The position numbers and the translations under genes are program-made. Positions 1 to 10,581 of a stretch of 60,764 bases of DNA are shown piece after piece; position 1 is the stretch's first letter, and every line of letters begins with the position of its first letter. This stretch comes from Emiliania huxleyi CCMP1516 (taxonomy: Eukaryota). The notes below the pieces were generated by a model. The model saw only the letters and a program-made list of their open reading frames with translations. It was not told the DNA's origin and ran no database searches. The DNA is taken from NCBI RefSeq assembly GCF_000372725.1, contig NW_005201231.1, positions 115,254 through 176,017 of the forward strand, written 5' to 3'.

Positions 1-340
1 CGTGGCCCTCCCGCCGCCCTTGCATCCGCGCGAGGCCGGCGATCTGCGCGTGGGTGCGTGCCTGCATATACGACCAAGGTGCGTGGTTTTCGTGCGGCGA
101 GCGAGGAGGCTCTGATGAGTGAGTTCAGGGACAGGTGGGAGGTGAGATGCGGGCTCAAAAGGTGGGCCGGCGAGCCTGAGGCCGGAGCACGAGGTTGCCG
201 TCGCCGTCGCGCACCCAGCCCTCTTGCACCGGGTCTGTCGCGGTAGCAGCAATGGTCCGTCGCGGAGCGCGAGAGTTGACCGCTCGCTCCGCCCCGCGCG
301 GCGGGAGGAGCAGGCCGGAGGCGGCCGAGAGCGCAAACAT
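1..340 (-). CDS. 5' end of a gene (runs off window) with probable plastid/secretory leader; exon 340-176, GC-AG intron 175-62, exon 61-<1
   Basis: ATG at 340 gives MFALSAASGLLLPPRG...NLVLRPQ (55 codons). Donor CAG|GCTCGC and acceptor TATGCAG| join it in frame to ARTHAQIAGLARMQG. Confidence 0.5.
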
Positions 341-879
341 GAGATCCGAAGCTCCGGGAGAAAAGAATTTTCTTTGCCCCCGACACTGGGCTGCCTCCCC
401 AGAAATCCCGAGGAGGCGCACAGCGCCTAGATATGTCTTGTGTTGCTGTGTGCTGCACGCCCTGCGAGCGGGGCGGGGTGCGCACTGACCCTCTGTGTTC
501 GTGTGCGTCGCCCATCTCTCCCTGGAGATGACTGCTCTATTTATTTATTTATGGGCTGGTGCCGTCCTCCCATCCCTCCCTTGGGGTGTCTGTTTTCTTT
601 CTTTCTTTCTTTCTTCTTTCTTTCTGGCTAGCACCACACTCCTCTCCTTAAAATCCCTGTGTGGTGGCGGCGTGCCGTCCTCCCATCCCTCCCGTGTCTG
701 TTTTTCTTTCTTTACTGGCCCACTAACACAGGTACACCACGGGAGCCGCCTAAGCGACTCCTGCGAGGACGGCGAGGCACTTAGCTCCGTGCATTCGACC
801 ACAGCCACAGCAGCTGCTAGTCGTGAGCTGCTACTGTGTGGCAGAGCCCAGAGAGAGGGCTTTCAGGAGCACTATATAC

Positions 880-1120
880 CGTGAGAGCGGCCGGCGGCCG
901 GCGGCGGCCGGTGCGGCACGCGGAGCACTCCGTGAGCGGTGACGGGTGCGGACGAGCGAATGAGAGGTCCCTTTCAGTGAGAGATAGGCAGTCCTAGTCC
1001 CTAACAACACATCTTCCACAGATAGCGACCTCTCATTCGCTCGTCCGCGCCCGTCACTGCTAGTCGGGGCACTCCCGGCGTGCGGCCCGGTCCCGGTCGT
1101 CACTCCGGTTGCTCGTGTTC
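880..1120. repeat. Long inverted repeat / hairpin (MITE- or pre-miRNA-like)
   Basis: 936-969 and 1027-1060 are reverse complements at 32/34 positions; degenerate pairing extends outward to ~880 and ~1120. Confidence 0.7.
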
Positions 1121-1263
1121 ACACCGTCAGAACTCAGCCCCGCGAAGGATCCAGCGTCTGAGACTTGGGCATCTTACACAACTTTTGCAGTAGAGCACAA
1201 TGGCACCCTTGCATCACGTGCATCACTTCGTTAATACACCGTAATACCGACCCCCGTTTTCGG

Positions 1264-1502
1264 CCGCCGCGGCCGGAGAGCACCCCCGTCGCCCCCGGGG
1301 GCCCGTCGACCCCCCAGGGCTCGCCATGTACCTTTCTGAGCGCTGTGGTCGCCGCAGACTGGCTCCGACTTGACGGGCGCATGGAGACGTGATGCCTCCA
1401 TGCGCCCGTCAAGTCGAAATCGATATGCAGCTCGATGGTTTGCCCGAAAAGGTACATGGCGGCGTTTGGCGACAAAACAGCGCTGCGACCGCGAAGTGGC
1501 GG
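1264..1502. repeat. Palindromic / foldback element
   Basis: Perfect 21-bp inverted repeat 1366-1386 / 1396-1416 with a 9-nt loop. A second arm pair is at 1322-1341 / 1442-1461, with weaker symmetry further out. Confidence 0.7.
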
Positions 1503-2244
1503 TGGACATGCTCCCATGTTGCCGACGCGGCGCCGGACTGGCCGGCGCTGCTCGCCGCGACCACGACGGCTACTCCGATGCTCCGGGCCGACCCGTCCTA
1601 CCCGACGGTGGCACTCTTCCACGTCTCGCTCACGCTGAGAAAAAATCTGAAACGGCGTGCAGCAGAGTCGCCGACGAGTCGGTCCGCGTGCCTCCTCGTG
1701 TCGCGCATCGTTCTCACACATCCACAAACTCACTTTGGCCTCACTAAAGCGATGCCTGAATCCTTAATCCTCAGATTTTAGATTAGGACGCTGTGGGCCC
1801 TCTAACGAAGAGATTAGGAGCAGCAGGCTGCGAGCAGGGACCCGAGGGACCATATGTGGAAGACGGCTAGTGATAGTTCCCCCATCGGGAGGACGACCCC
1901 GGCTAGTCGCCGACCACACCCACAAAGAACCCTGCACAAGGATCGCAAGGGCGGGGACCTGTTCCTTTTTACCCATCTCACAGTAGAGGTGTCTCCGTTT
2001 AGGTTTTTATTTATTTATTTACACACAAGGGGCTCTCAACCGCTGTGTCAGTAACTCAGAGTGAGTGTCGACAGTGTGCCTTCTGTGCCCACACCGCACC
2101 CCCCCAGCGCCCAGACCCCCAGAAATATTGAGCATAGCCTCCCCGAGTGCCGAGAGAGACACACACGACCCTTCGCCTTCACCATAGACCAGAGCCCCAC
2201 CTCAAAAAAAGAATTATAGGAATACAAGCCTCTCAAAAAAAGAA

Positions 2245-5155
2245 TTGAGAGGCGACTGGGACGCTGTTCCCGCTGCGGTGCTCGCACGCGCACACCGCCG
2301 TGCTTTTGCACTCTTTCCGTCCATGTCGAGCGAGCACGGCTGGCCGGGATTCGAGGCCGTCACCGTTGTGGCCGACAATTCGCCGCCCGAGTGCATAGCG
2401 CCGTCGCCGAGCTCCTCGACGTGCGATGCGGCTGACGCGGCACACTTCCACGCCCGAGCACCGCCTGCCGGTCAAGGTCCCGCTGTCGACACCGCAGCAC
2501 TGCGCGTGTGGGCGTTTGACGGCCACACCGGCCCGCTCAACGACATGGCCTCCTTCCTGATTGGGACGCTGGGAGTCGACGCATCTCGGATCGACGGCAT
2601 GATCTTCATGCAGGCCATGTCGTTGAGGTCGATGCTCGATCCGCGCATCTTGTCGCGCAGTCCGCCGCTCCTCGGCAACAGAAGTGAGTACCAGCGGCTC
2701 TCTCGATTTCTCGCCTCTGTCGGCACGGGAGGCTTAACACTCCCGGCCTGCGAGAAGCGCCGCTGCAGGGACGCAGTGCACGACGAGGCCACGCGGCACG
2801 AGTTTGCGGAGCAGTTCGGCGCGCTCTTCGCCGACCGGGTCGACGCCGTCGTGTGCAACTTCCCGACGTGGCCGTGCCTGCTCTTCGCGGAGCACAACCT
2901 GAGCGTGGTGCTTCGCTTCACGCACAGGTGGGACCACCATCTCAACGGCGTCGTGGACTGGGTGGAGGCGGGCCGCAACGCGAGCGGCAACGAGCGGCGG
3001 CCCAGATCGTCGATTGCGGAGGCTGCGCGCAGGACTCTAATGCGCGTGGCCAGGCGCGGCCAACGCATATCACCCTCCCCCACTGGATGGTGATGACCAG
3101 CCCCTTTCCCGCGTGAGGCCCCTCATACATTTCCACACCAGTAGGCGGCCCAACGTGGTGGTCGCCGCTTCCAATGCGTACGACGACGTGTACTTGCGCC
3201 GCACCACGGGCATCGCGCCGGTGCCGTGGCCGGGCACGTCGCCGCAGCTCGCCGCGACGCCGTACACCGGCACGAGGAGCGAGGTGCTCTTTTGCTGCGG
3301 CAACCATGCGTACAACAAGGCGATCCGGCACTGGGCGGCGCTCATCGCGAACGGGAGCGCGGCTCGGGCAGCGGGGACGGGGTCGGCGCCCGTCCGCTTC
3401 GCGTGGCTGTCGGAGCTGTACACGAAGTCGGACCAGTGCCGGAGGGCGCCGACCAACGCAACGGCGAGCAGGGTGTACGCGAGGTCGAAGGTGTGCGGCT
3501 ACTCGTACGAGGACGTGGCCTCGCACCCGCTCGCGGTGCTGCTGCCGTACTCGATGCACTCGTACGGCCTCGTGCAGGCGTACTCGCTCGGCATCCCGCT
3601 CCTCGCCCCCTCGCTGCGGCTGCTCTCCGCGCTGCACGTCGCCACCGGCCTCTGCAGCCACAAGGGTCCCGGCAACACTCCGTGGAGGCCGAGCAGCGGC
3701 GAGAGGAGGAGGGTGCCCTTCCTCAATCGGTGGAGCATCAAGGACGCGCGCGCGTGGTTCGCCGCGCCGCCGCCCTCGGCCGACGTGCCGTGCTGCGCCT
3801 CGGAGCCCAACGACGCGTGCACCCCTGCGGCGGCGGCCCAGTGGCTCCAGTTCGCCGAGTGGTACCAGTGGCCACACGTCACCTACTTTGACTCGCCCCA
3901 GGAGCTGCACGCCAAGGTGGAGCAGCTTCTCCGCGACGAGAGCGCCCGGCGCACCATATCAGACGGCGCAAAGGCATTCTTCGCCGCCGAGCGAGAGCGG
4001 ACCGCGGGGCACGTGCGTGCGGCGCTCCAGAGGTCGCTGCGTGTGGCGCCCGCGCGGGCAGCCCCGAGGGAGCGAGAGGGCGTGCCGGTGGAGGCGGAGG
4101 CGCCACGGCACTTGCAGCAGCCGCCCGCCGGCCGCGACGTGCGGCCCCGCCGAAACGAGGAGGGGGCAGCTGCAGGGGCCGCGGGCGTGCCAGACTACCT
4201 CGTCGGGCCGTTCGCCTTCAACAACGCGTGCGTCTCCTTCTACGCCGACCGGGCGTCACAGCTCCGTCCGTCCGTCACCTCCGAGGCGGGCGACTCGGCC
4301 ATGCTGCACGGCTTCAGCGAGTACACCCTTGGCTACCAGCGCGTGCTCAAGGTGCGGCCGGCGGAGGCCACCGACCAGCTGCGCCGCTGCGAGCGGAGGT
4401 CGCTCGGCGTGCTCGTGCCCTTCTCCTGCAACAACGTGTACCACATGGCCTTCCACGCCGTCCCGAGCTTCGAGCACTTCCTCACCCTCCGCCCGGCCGC
4501 GGCGCCGCCCACCTTTGTGCCGCTGGTCTACCCGACCGCCGCCGTCGGGCGCAAGTTAAGTGCCGACCCGCGCCGGTGGCACGCGTGGGAGTGGGCTCTG
4601 CGCGCGATGACACCGCGCGCCGAGGTCGCCGCCGACGTGCGAGCTCTCCTCAACGCGCCTTGCACCTGCTTCGCCACGCTGACTGGCACGACCGCCCCCT
4701 TCCACCCGGCCGCGCCGGCGTCGCGGCCGCGCGTCGGCGCGTTCCGCGCGGCGGCGCTCCGCAGCATCGGGCGGCTGCTGGGCGCGCCGCCGCCCGCGCC
4801 GGAACGGCCGCCCCTGCTTTGGGTGCGCCGCTCGCCTCTCTACCTGAACGTTGGCGAGTCGACGCCACGGCGCGGGCTGACGAACGAGGGTGCGCTGCTG
4901 GACGCGCTGCGCCGCGCCGGGTTGGGCGACGCGCTGCGGCCGACGACGCTCGAGGCGCTTCCGGTCGCCGCGCAGGCGCGCGAGGTTGCGGCGGCGGCAG
5001 GGCTCGTCGCGGTGCACGGCCAGGCGCTGGCGTGGGTGCTATTCTTGCCGTGGGCCGAGCGCCGCACCGCCGCCGTCGAGCTGAGGCCTCGCGGCGCCAA
5101 AGCGAACATCTACGAGGCGCTCTCCGCCGCGCTCGGCGTGAGGTACGAGCGCGTC
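2245..5155 (+). CDS. Two-domain glycosyltransferase-like protein with C-terminal GT61-family domain; GC-AG intron 3054-3144; 3' end lost in N-gap
   Basis: ORFs 2245-3093 and 3113- join in frame across GCCAG|GCGCGG...CAGTAG|G. The C-terminal part has GT61-like motifs NNVYHMAFH, RRGLTNEGALL, TLEALPVAAQ, LVAVHGQALAWVLFLP, AVELRP. Start codon uncertain. Confidence 0.7.
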
Positions 5156-5255
5156 NNNNNNNNNNNNNNNNNNNNNNNNNNNNNNNNNNNNNNNNNNNNN
5201 NNNNNNNNNNNNNNNNNNNNNNNNNNNNNNNNNNNNNNNNNNNNNNNNNNNNNNN
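5156..5255. other. Assembly gap (100 N)
   Basis: N run. Confidence 1.
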
Positions 5256-5693
5256 TGGAGAATTTCTCCCCGTTAGCTAGTAGCTCAAAAGAAAAGCTGC
5301 TGTCCCCTCAGCCTCCCGCGGCACCATCCACGTGCATATGCCCGAGCCGGCCACCTCCTCCCTCGACGCCTCCCTCGACGCCTCCCTCCGCTCTCGGCGG
5401 TCAGACCACGGCGGCGTCCCTGTCGGCGCGCTGCTCGTCCCAAAGCGGAAGCTCACGAGCTGTCGGGCGGCGCTCGAGGCGGCCGTCGGCGACCTGCGGC
5501 ACGGCACGCGGTCGGATGTGCGGCACGCGCTCGTGGTGGACCGCGTCACGCCGGACATGTTCCTGCTCCACGTTCCTGCCACCGTCGCGGGCGTCCTCGA
5601 CGATCCGGCCGCCGCGCCGGCAGAGCTGGCCGCCGCCGTGCCTTCCACTGCGCCAGCACGCAGAAACCTCTTGGTCTTGCGCGCAGGCTACGG

Positions 5694-7796
5694 CTAGGCT
5701 GCCTCCCGCGCCTTCGCCCTCGCAGCGGCCGCCGAGGTGCGCCTCGCCTTGGCTGCGGCGAGCGCCGCCTCTGCAACCGCCGCGGCCGCCGCGGCTGCCG
5801 CTGCCGCCTCGGCCGCCGCCTCCTCCGCCGCCGCGGCCTCCTCCTCCTCTGCCTCAGCCTCTCGGCGCGCCTCGGCTGCCGCCTCGGCTGCCGCCTCCTC
5901 GCCCGCCTCCCCTGTCTCCCCCGCTGTCTCCTCCTCGCTCGCCTCGCCTGCCGCCTCGGCCTCCTCTCCCAACGCCTCCGCCAGCCCCTCGACCGACGTC
6001 TCCGCCGTGATGCCGTACCGAATCCGCTCCTCGTGGAGCGTCTCGAGAAGCCTGATCAACCCCTCCCTGTCCAGCTTCGCGGGCTTGGCTGCAGCTGCCC
6101 CTGACGGCGCCTCGGGATCCTGCGACGGCCCAGCCGCGCCCGCCCCTCCGCCCTTCTTCTTCTTCTTGCCCTTCTTGCCCTTGCCGCGCTTCTCCGTCTC
6201 GACCTCCGCCAGCAGCTCCTCGGCGTGCCGCGCCGCCTCCGCCTCCGCCGCCGCCCGCTCCGCCGCCCGCTCCGCCGCCCCCGCAGCCCACGCCGCCTCC
6301 TTCGCCACCGCCTCGGCCGCCGCCTTGGCCGCCGCATGCTCCTCGAGGGCGCGCACGCACTCGGCGTGACCCTTCTCCTTGGCGACCTGCAGCGCTGTGT
6401 GTCCAGCCACCGTGCGCGGCTTCGTGTCGGCGCCCGCCCGCAGCAGGCAGTGGAGAGCGGCGGGGTGGTTTGTGTAGGCGGCGATGATCAGTGCGGTGTT
6501 GCCGATGCTGCTCTGCAGGTTGATCTCTGCCCCGCACCGCACCACCAGCTCGACCACCCGCCCGTGGCCGTTGAGGGCGGCGAGCATCAGTGCGGTGCGG
6601 CCGTCGCTGGTCTGAAGGTCGATCGAGGCGCCACGCTGCAGCAGCACCTCGGCCACCCGCTCGTGGCCTCGGTCGGCGGCCCACAGCAGCGCGGTACTGC
6701 CGACGCTGCTCTGCAGGTCGATCGAAGCGCCACGCTGCAGCAGCGCCACGGCCAGCCGCTCGTGGCCGTAGCGGGCGGCGGCCATCAGCAGCGTAATGCC
6801 GCTCACACCCTTCGCAGTGAAAGTCACGTCCACCTGCCCGCCGCCGTCGAGCCACGCCAGCACCGCCTCGTCGCCTTGCATAGCCGCCTCCACGACCTCC
6901 TCGGGGACGGCGTCCTCGCCCGTTCCGCTCTCCACGCCGCCAGAAGAGGACGCGGCAGTTGATGCTGCCGCTGCCCCCTTGCCCGAGGCGGCATCGCCGT
7001 CCGCCCCTGCGCCGCCTGCGCCGATGTCCTCGGGAACAGGCCCGCTGCTGCCGCCCGCGCCGCCCGAAGCGCTGCCTGCCCCCGCGCCGCCCGCCTCGAC
7101 CGCCGCCGCGTCGCGCCTCTCCGCCACCACCTCGCCCAGAAACGTCTTGACGGCGGCGACGCACTCGGTGTGGCCCTTCTCCTTGGCGGTCTGCAGCGCC
7201 GTGTGGCCGTCCGCAGTGCGCAGCGCCATGTCTGCGCCTGCCCGCAGCAGGCATAGCACGAGCTCGGAGTGGCCGTAGTAGGCGGCGTACGTTAGCGCAG
7301 TGTGGCCGTCTGGGACCTGAAGGTTGATCTCCGCCCCGTGCCGCAGCAGCAGCTCGACCACGCGCTCGTGGCCGTAGTAGGCAGCGTTCGTGAGCGCAGT
7401 GGTGCCGCGAATGCTCTGCAGGTTGACCTCTGCGCCGTGCCGCAGCAGCGTCTCGACCACCTGCACGTGGCCATTGACGGCGGCGGCAATCAGCGCCGTA
7501 CTGCCGTAGCTGTCTTGCGCGTCGACCCTCGCGCCCTGCTTCAGCAGAACCTCGACCATCTGCTTGTGACCGTGTCCGGCGGCGATCAGCAGGAGCGTCC
7601 AGCCACTCACACCGCCACGCACGCACGTCGCATCAACCCGCCCGTCCCCGGCGAGCCACGTCTGCACCACGCCCGCCTTGCCGTTCGCCGCCGCTGTCTC
7701 GATCTTTTTCGGCAGCGCGAGCGGCGCAGCCTGTGGCGCCGTTGAAGCGTGTCCGCGCCGGGAGGCGGCTGAGCCAGCCTTCGTTCGGCCGGGCAT
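5694..7796 (-). CDS. Ankyrin-repeat protein with two ANK blocks and an Ala/Glu-rich coiled-coil tail
   Basis: Intronless ORF with repeated GxTALxxAAxxGHxxVVExLLxxGAxINLQ; first ATG at 7796 (MPGRTK). Confidence 0.9.
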   Translation of the reverse strand: MPGRTKAGSAASRRGHASTAPQAAPLALPKKIETAAANGKAGVVQTWLAGDGRVDATCVRGGVSGWTLLLIAAGHGHKQMVEVLLKQGARVDAQDSYGSTALIAAAVNGHVQVVETLLRHGAEVNLQSIRGTTALTNAAYYGHERVVELLLRHGAEINLQVPDGHTALTYAAYYGHSELVLCLLRAGADMALRTADGHTALQTAKEKGHTECVAAVKTFLGEVVAERRDAAAVEAGGAGAGSASGGAGGSSGPVPEDIGAGGAGADGDAASGKGAAAASTAASSSGGVESGTGEDAVPEEVVEAAMQGDEAVLAWLDGGGQVDVTFTAKGVSGITLLMAAARYGHERLAVALLQRGASIDLQSSVGSTALLWAADRGHERVAEVLLQRGASIDLQTSDGRTALMLAALNGHGRVVELVVRCGAEINLQSSIGNTALIIAAYTNHPAALHCLLRAGADTKPRTVAGHTALQVAKEKGHAECVRALEEHAAAKAAAEAVAKEAAWAAGAAERAAERAAAEAEAARHAEELLAEVETEKRGKGKKGKKKKKGGGAGAAGPSQDPEAPSGAAAAKPAKLDREGLIRLLETLHEERIRYGITAETSVEGLAEALGEEAEAAGEASEEETAGETGEAGEEAAAEAAAEARREAEAEEEEAAAAEEAAAEAAAAAAAAAAVAEAALAAAKARRTSAAAARAKAREAA

Positions 7797-8623
7797 GCAA
7801 ACGGGCGGGGTTGCGGGTGCTGAGCGCACCGCGACTCTCTTCTCGGCGGGAACCTGGGGTTGACGTGTCTTTCTCTTTCTTTGTCGGCAGGCATGGGACG
7901 CTCGTCGTACAAGCTGTTTCGTCTTCACGCGCCTTCATCTTGACGCGCGAATGTCATGGGTAGACGCCCCGCATCGCCCTAATGATGCGCGGCATGCACA
8001 CGGCGCTGGTACACTGATACACACACTGATGCATCGTAGCTCAGTCTACTTGAAGTCCTTGTCGGAAATCGTAGAGAGTAAAGGACTTAGTATAACGTCG
8101 CTACAATGTGCGCGCTCCACCTTCCATGACAATGTGCGCGGGACAGACAAGGACACAGGAGGAAGGAAGGGTGGCTCCTCTCTCAGAGAGAGAGACGCAC
8201 ACGGGTGAGGGGTGGAACACGTTCACACCGGGACGCCTTATCTCTTACACTCCCCCATTGTCTGCAGAGACAACAAAGGTAAGGCGTCGCGCTGATCAGA
8301 GGCGCGAGCTAATGAACGTGGCATGTGACCTTCTGTCTCCCGAGCTCAAGGTAGTAGCCTATCGGAGCGGTCGACTGGATGTCAATTGAACAACATGGAA
8401 GAAGCCGATCTAGTAGATCAGCGGACGAGCTTGGCTCGGTGCTTGAGGAAGGTCGTCTTGTCGAGAGCCTTCGTCCAGATATCGGCGCACTGGTCGCTGG
8501 TCGACGCACGACGCCGCGCGTAGGGCCCTTAGGGGCCTAGAGAACACAACCGCCTTTTTTCAGGGTCGCTCCTCGTCGCAAACCCTGTCAGCAGACAGAC
8601 ACACACAGAGTCCTCCTACGGGA

Positions 8624-9418
8624 ATGTACGTAAGAGCCAAGTTAGAGAAAGAGAAGCGCGCCGGCGTTCCTGCCGAGTCAGTCTTGCGACAAAAAGCGCC
8701 CGTTTCGCGCGAAAAAACCTCGAGACCTCGAGCCTACCTCAACAACTTGTTGTCGCTCTACCATGCTTGGACTTTTCAGCCGGCAGTCGAGGAGATCACC
8801 GAGATGGCCACCAGTGCTTCTCCGCAAGAGCACGTCCGCGCCGCCGTTTGCGCCATCCGGACAACCCGCGCTAGAGCCAGCGTCGAAGACCTCGAAGGTA
8901 TGAAGCTGGAGTCCGCTCTATTGTCGCTATTGATCGCCACCGGTTCCGGTGGTTGGGGTTCCAGCGCCTTCAGGCTCCCGGGTGACCTGCGCCAGCTCGA
9001 GGAGCTCCTCCTGCCGCAGTTCCAGAGCCGGCTCGGGGCCGAGCGCGGCCTCCTTGAGGCCATCAGCATGCCTGACGTCGCGTCCTTCCGCAAAGCCGTT
9101 CTCGCGTGCACCGACCCCACCGCCGTCGTGACCAGCATCAAAACGCTGCCGACCGAAGATTGCGCCGACGCGTTGCGCCGCGAGGCTGGCAAGGCGGCAC
9201 GCTATCATCCGACAGACAGCCACCCGCGCGATCAGGTGCGCTTGACATGTGCGGCATGCGGCAAGAAGTGCCAAAGTCCCGCCAGCAACCTCTTCAAGGC
9301 GTGTCCCTGCATGCTAGTTGCCTACTGTGGCACGGACTGCCAAGCTGCGCACTGGAAGGCCCACAAGAAGGAGCACTTCCGCACGGTCGGCAGGGGTAGT
9401 CTGGCTACCGCGATATAG
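8624..9418 (+). CDS. MYND-type zinc-finger protein
   Basis: C-terminal CAACGK...KACPCMLVAYCGTDCQAAHWKAHKKEH matches the MYND pattern. The start may be the ATG at 8804. Confidence 0.75.
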   Translation: MYVRAKLEKEKRAGVPAESVLRQKAPVSREKTSRPRAYLNNLLSLYHAWTFQPAVEEITEMATSASPQEHVRAAVCAIRTTRARASVEDLEGMKLESALLSLLIATGSGGWGSSAFRLPGDLRQLEELLLPQFQSRLGAERGLLEAISMPDVASFRKAVLACTDPTAVVTSIKTLPTEDCADALRREAGKAARYHPTDSHPRDQVRLTCAACGKKCQSPASNLFKACPCMLVAYCGTDCQAAHWKAHKKEHFRTVGRGSLATAI

Positions 9419-9419
9419 C

Positions 9420-9656
9420 GACCCAACTCTTCGACATCGTCCGATGATGGTGCCGCAAAGTCAGCCTTCGGCCGAGTTCATCCTGGGCGGCGAGACTACG
9501 TGCATCGTTTGCTTCTCCAACCCAAATTCGCACGTCGCGGGGCCGTGTGGGCACTTGTGCGCTTGCGGCCCCTGCTCCGCCAGGATGGAGTCGTGCCCCA
9601 TCTGCTTCTGCAGTCCACGAGCTCCGGAGGCGCGGGGAGGTGTCTATAGAATGTAG
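9420..9656 (+). pseudogene. C3HC4 RING-finger fragment out of frame with the MYND ORF
   Basis: TCIVCFSNPNSHVAGPCGHLCACGPCSARMESCPIC in another frame directly after the MYND stop. Confidence 0.65.
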
Positions 9657-9745
9657 ACCTAGCACAAGAGGGATTTCTTCTGGACCACCCAGGGCTTGAC
9701 CTAGTCACGCGCGCAGCCCACCGCCTAGACGCCCTCTGCTCTTCA

Positions 9746-10089
9746 CATAAAAACCAATCGTGGGCCGTACTGTTATGTATGTCGTATATGGACGCCGACC
9801 CCTATGCATTCGCATCGTGATATGCATCCTTACCGATCTATACCGAGGGCGTATACATTTACGTATTTGCAAAATACGTCGCCCTCCACACCCTCGCGCG
9901 TCGCGGCGCGTGAATGCATAACACAGATACATGTACATAAAGGCGAAAACATCGTACGAGGTACGTATTGCATAAGACACGCTATGGACTATGCATTCGC
10001 GCGACGTCTAACCCTGCCAATGCATAGGCAGGACACACGGGTGCATATAGGGCCGGTACATAGCAGTACGGCCCACGTCCCATAAAAAC
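9746..10089. mobile_element. MITE-like element (possibly Mutator-derived)
   Basis: TIR 9759-9779 vs 10057-10077 match at 20/21, with degenerate extension (TATATG...CCTATGCATT). The direct repeat CATAAAAAC flanks it at 9746-9754 and 10081-10089. Confidence 0.65.
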
Positions 10090-10581
10090 ACACAACCCCG
10101 GACCCAAGACGCTCTTGACACAAACCACCAGTTACTTGTAGCTCTTCACAACCCTGGGGGTGGGGTGGGGGGGGGGGGGGAAGAAAAGTGCGGGAAAACC
10201 ACACTCGCACACGATAGCCAGCCCGTATAAGATATACAAATTCAAAAGAAAAACGCCGCCTCCCCTCCTGGGAAAGAAAACATATGGCGTACAGCCCTTC
10301 GGGCACCTCTGTAGATTCGCAAAACCTCCCCCTGGGAAACGAAGACAGGCGTAGTGTGTGCCCAACCATTGATGCATCTAAATTCTAATACTAAACTCTT
10401 GTTCTTGAAATTTACGGCTTTATTGTGAGGATTCTTCTCAAAACTCTTCAAACGAATTTGAGAAGAAAGAAGAAAAACCTTTATCTCCCGTCGAACAACC
10501 CGTGCGTGAGACGACGGTCCGGCAAAAAGGAGCTATACCGCCCGCCGCCCCTCCCCCGAGGCGACTCCCTTCACCCACTGT

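Noticed and set aside
58..246. Plus-strand ORF resembling a LINE C-terminus (FRDRW)
   Set aside because: Better explained as the antisense of a spliced minus-strand gene start; no RT or zinc-knuckle motif.
5332..5697. 121-aa plus-strand ORF
   Set aside because: Could be a gene fragment but has no recognisable motif and directly follows a gap.
5156..6010. 965-aa ORF extending through the gap; likewise ORFs spanning 50229-50731 and 55250-55707
   Set aside because: Frame continuity across N runs is meaningless; the post-gap part is largely antisense to the ankyrin gene.
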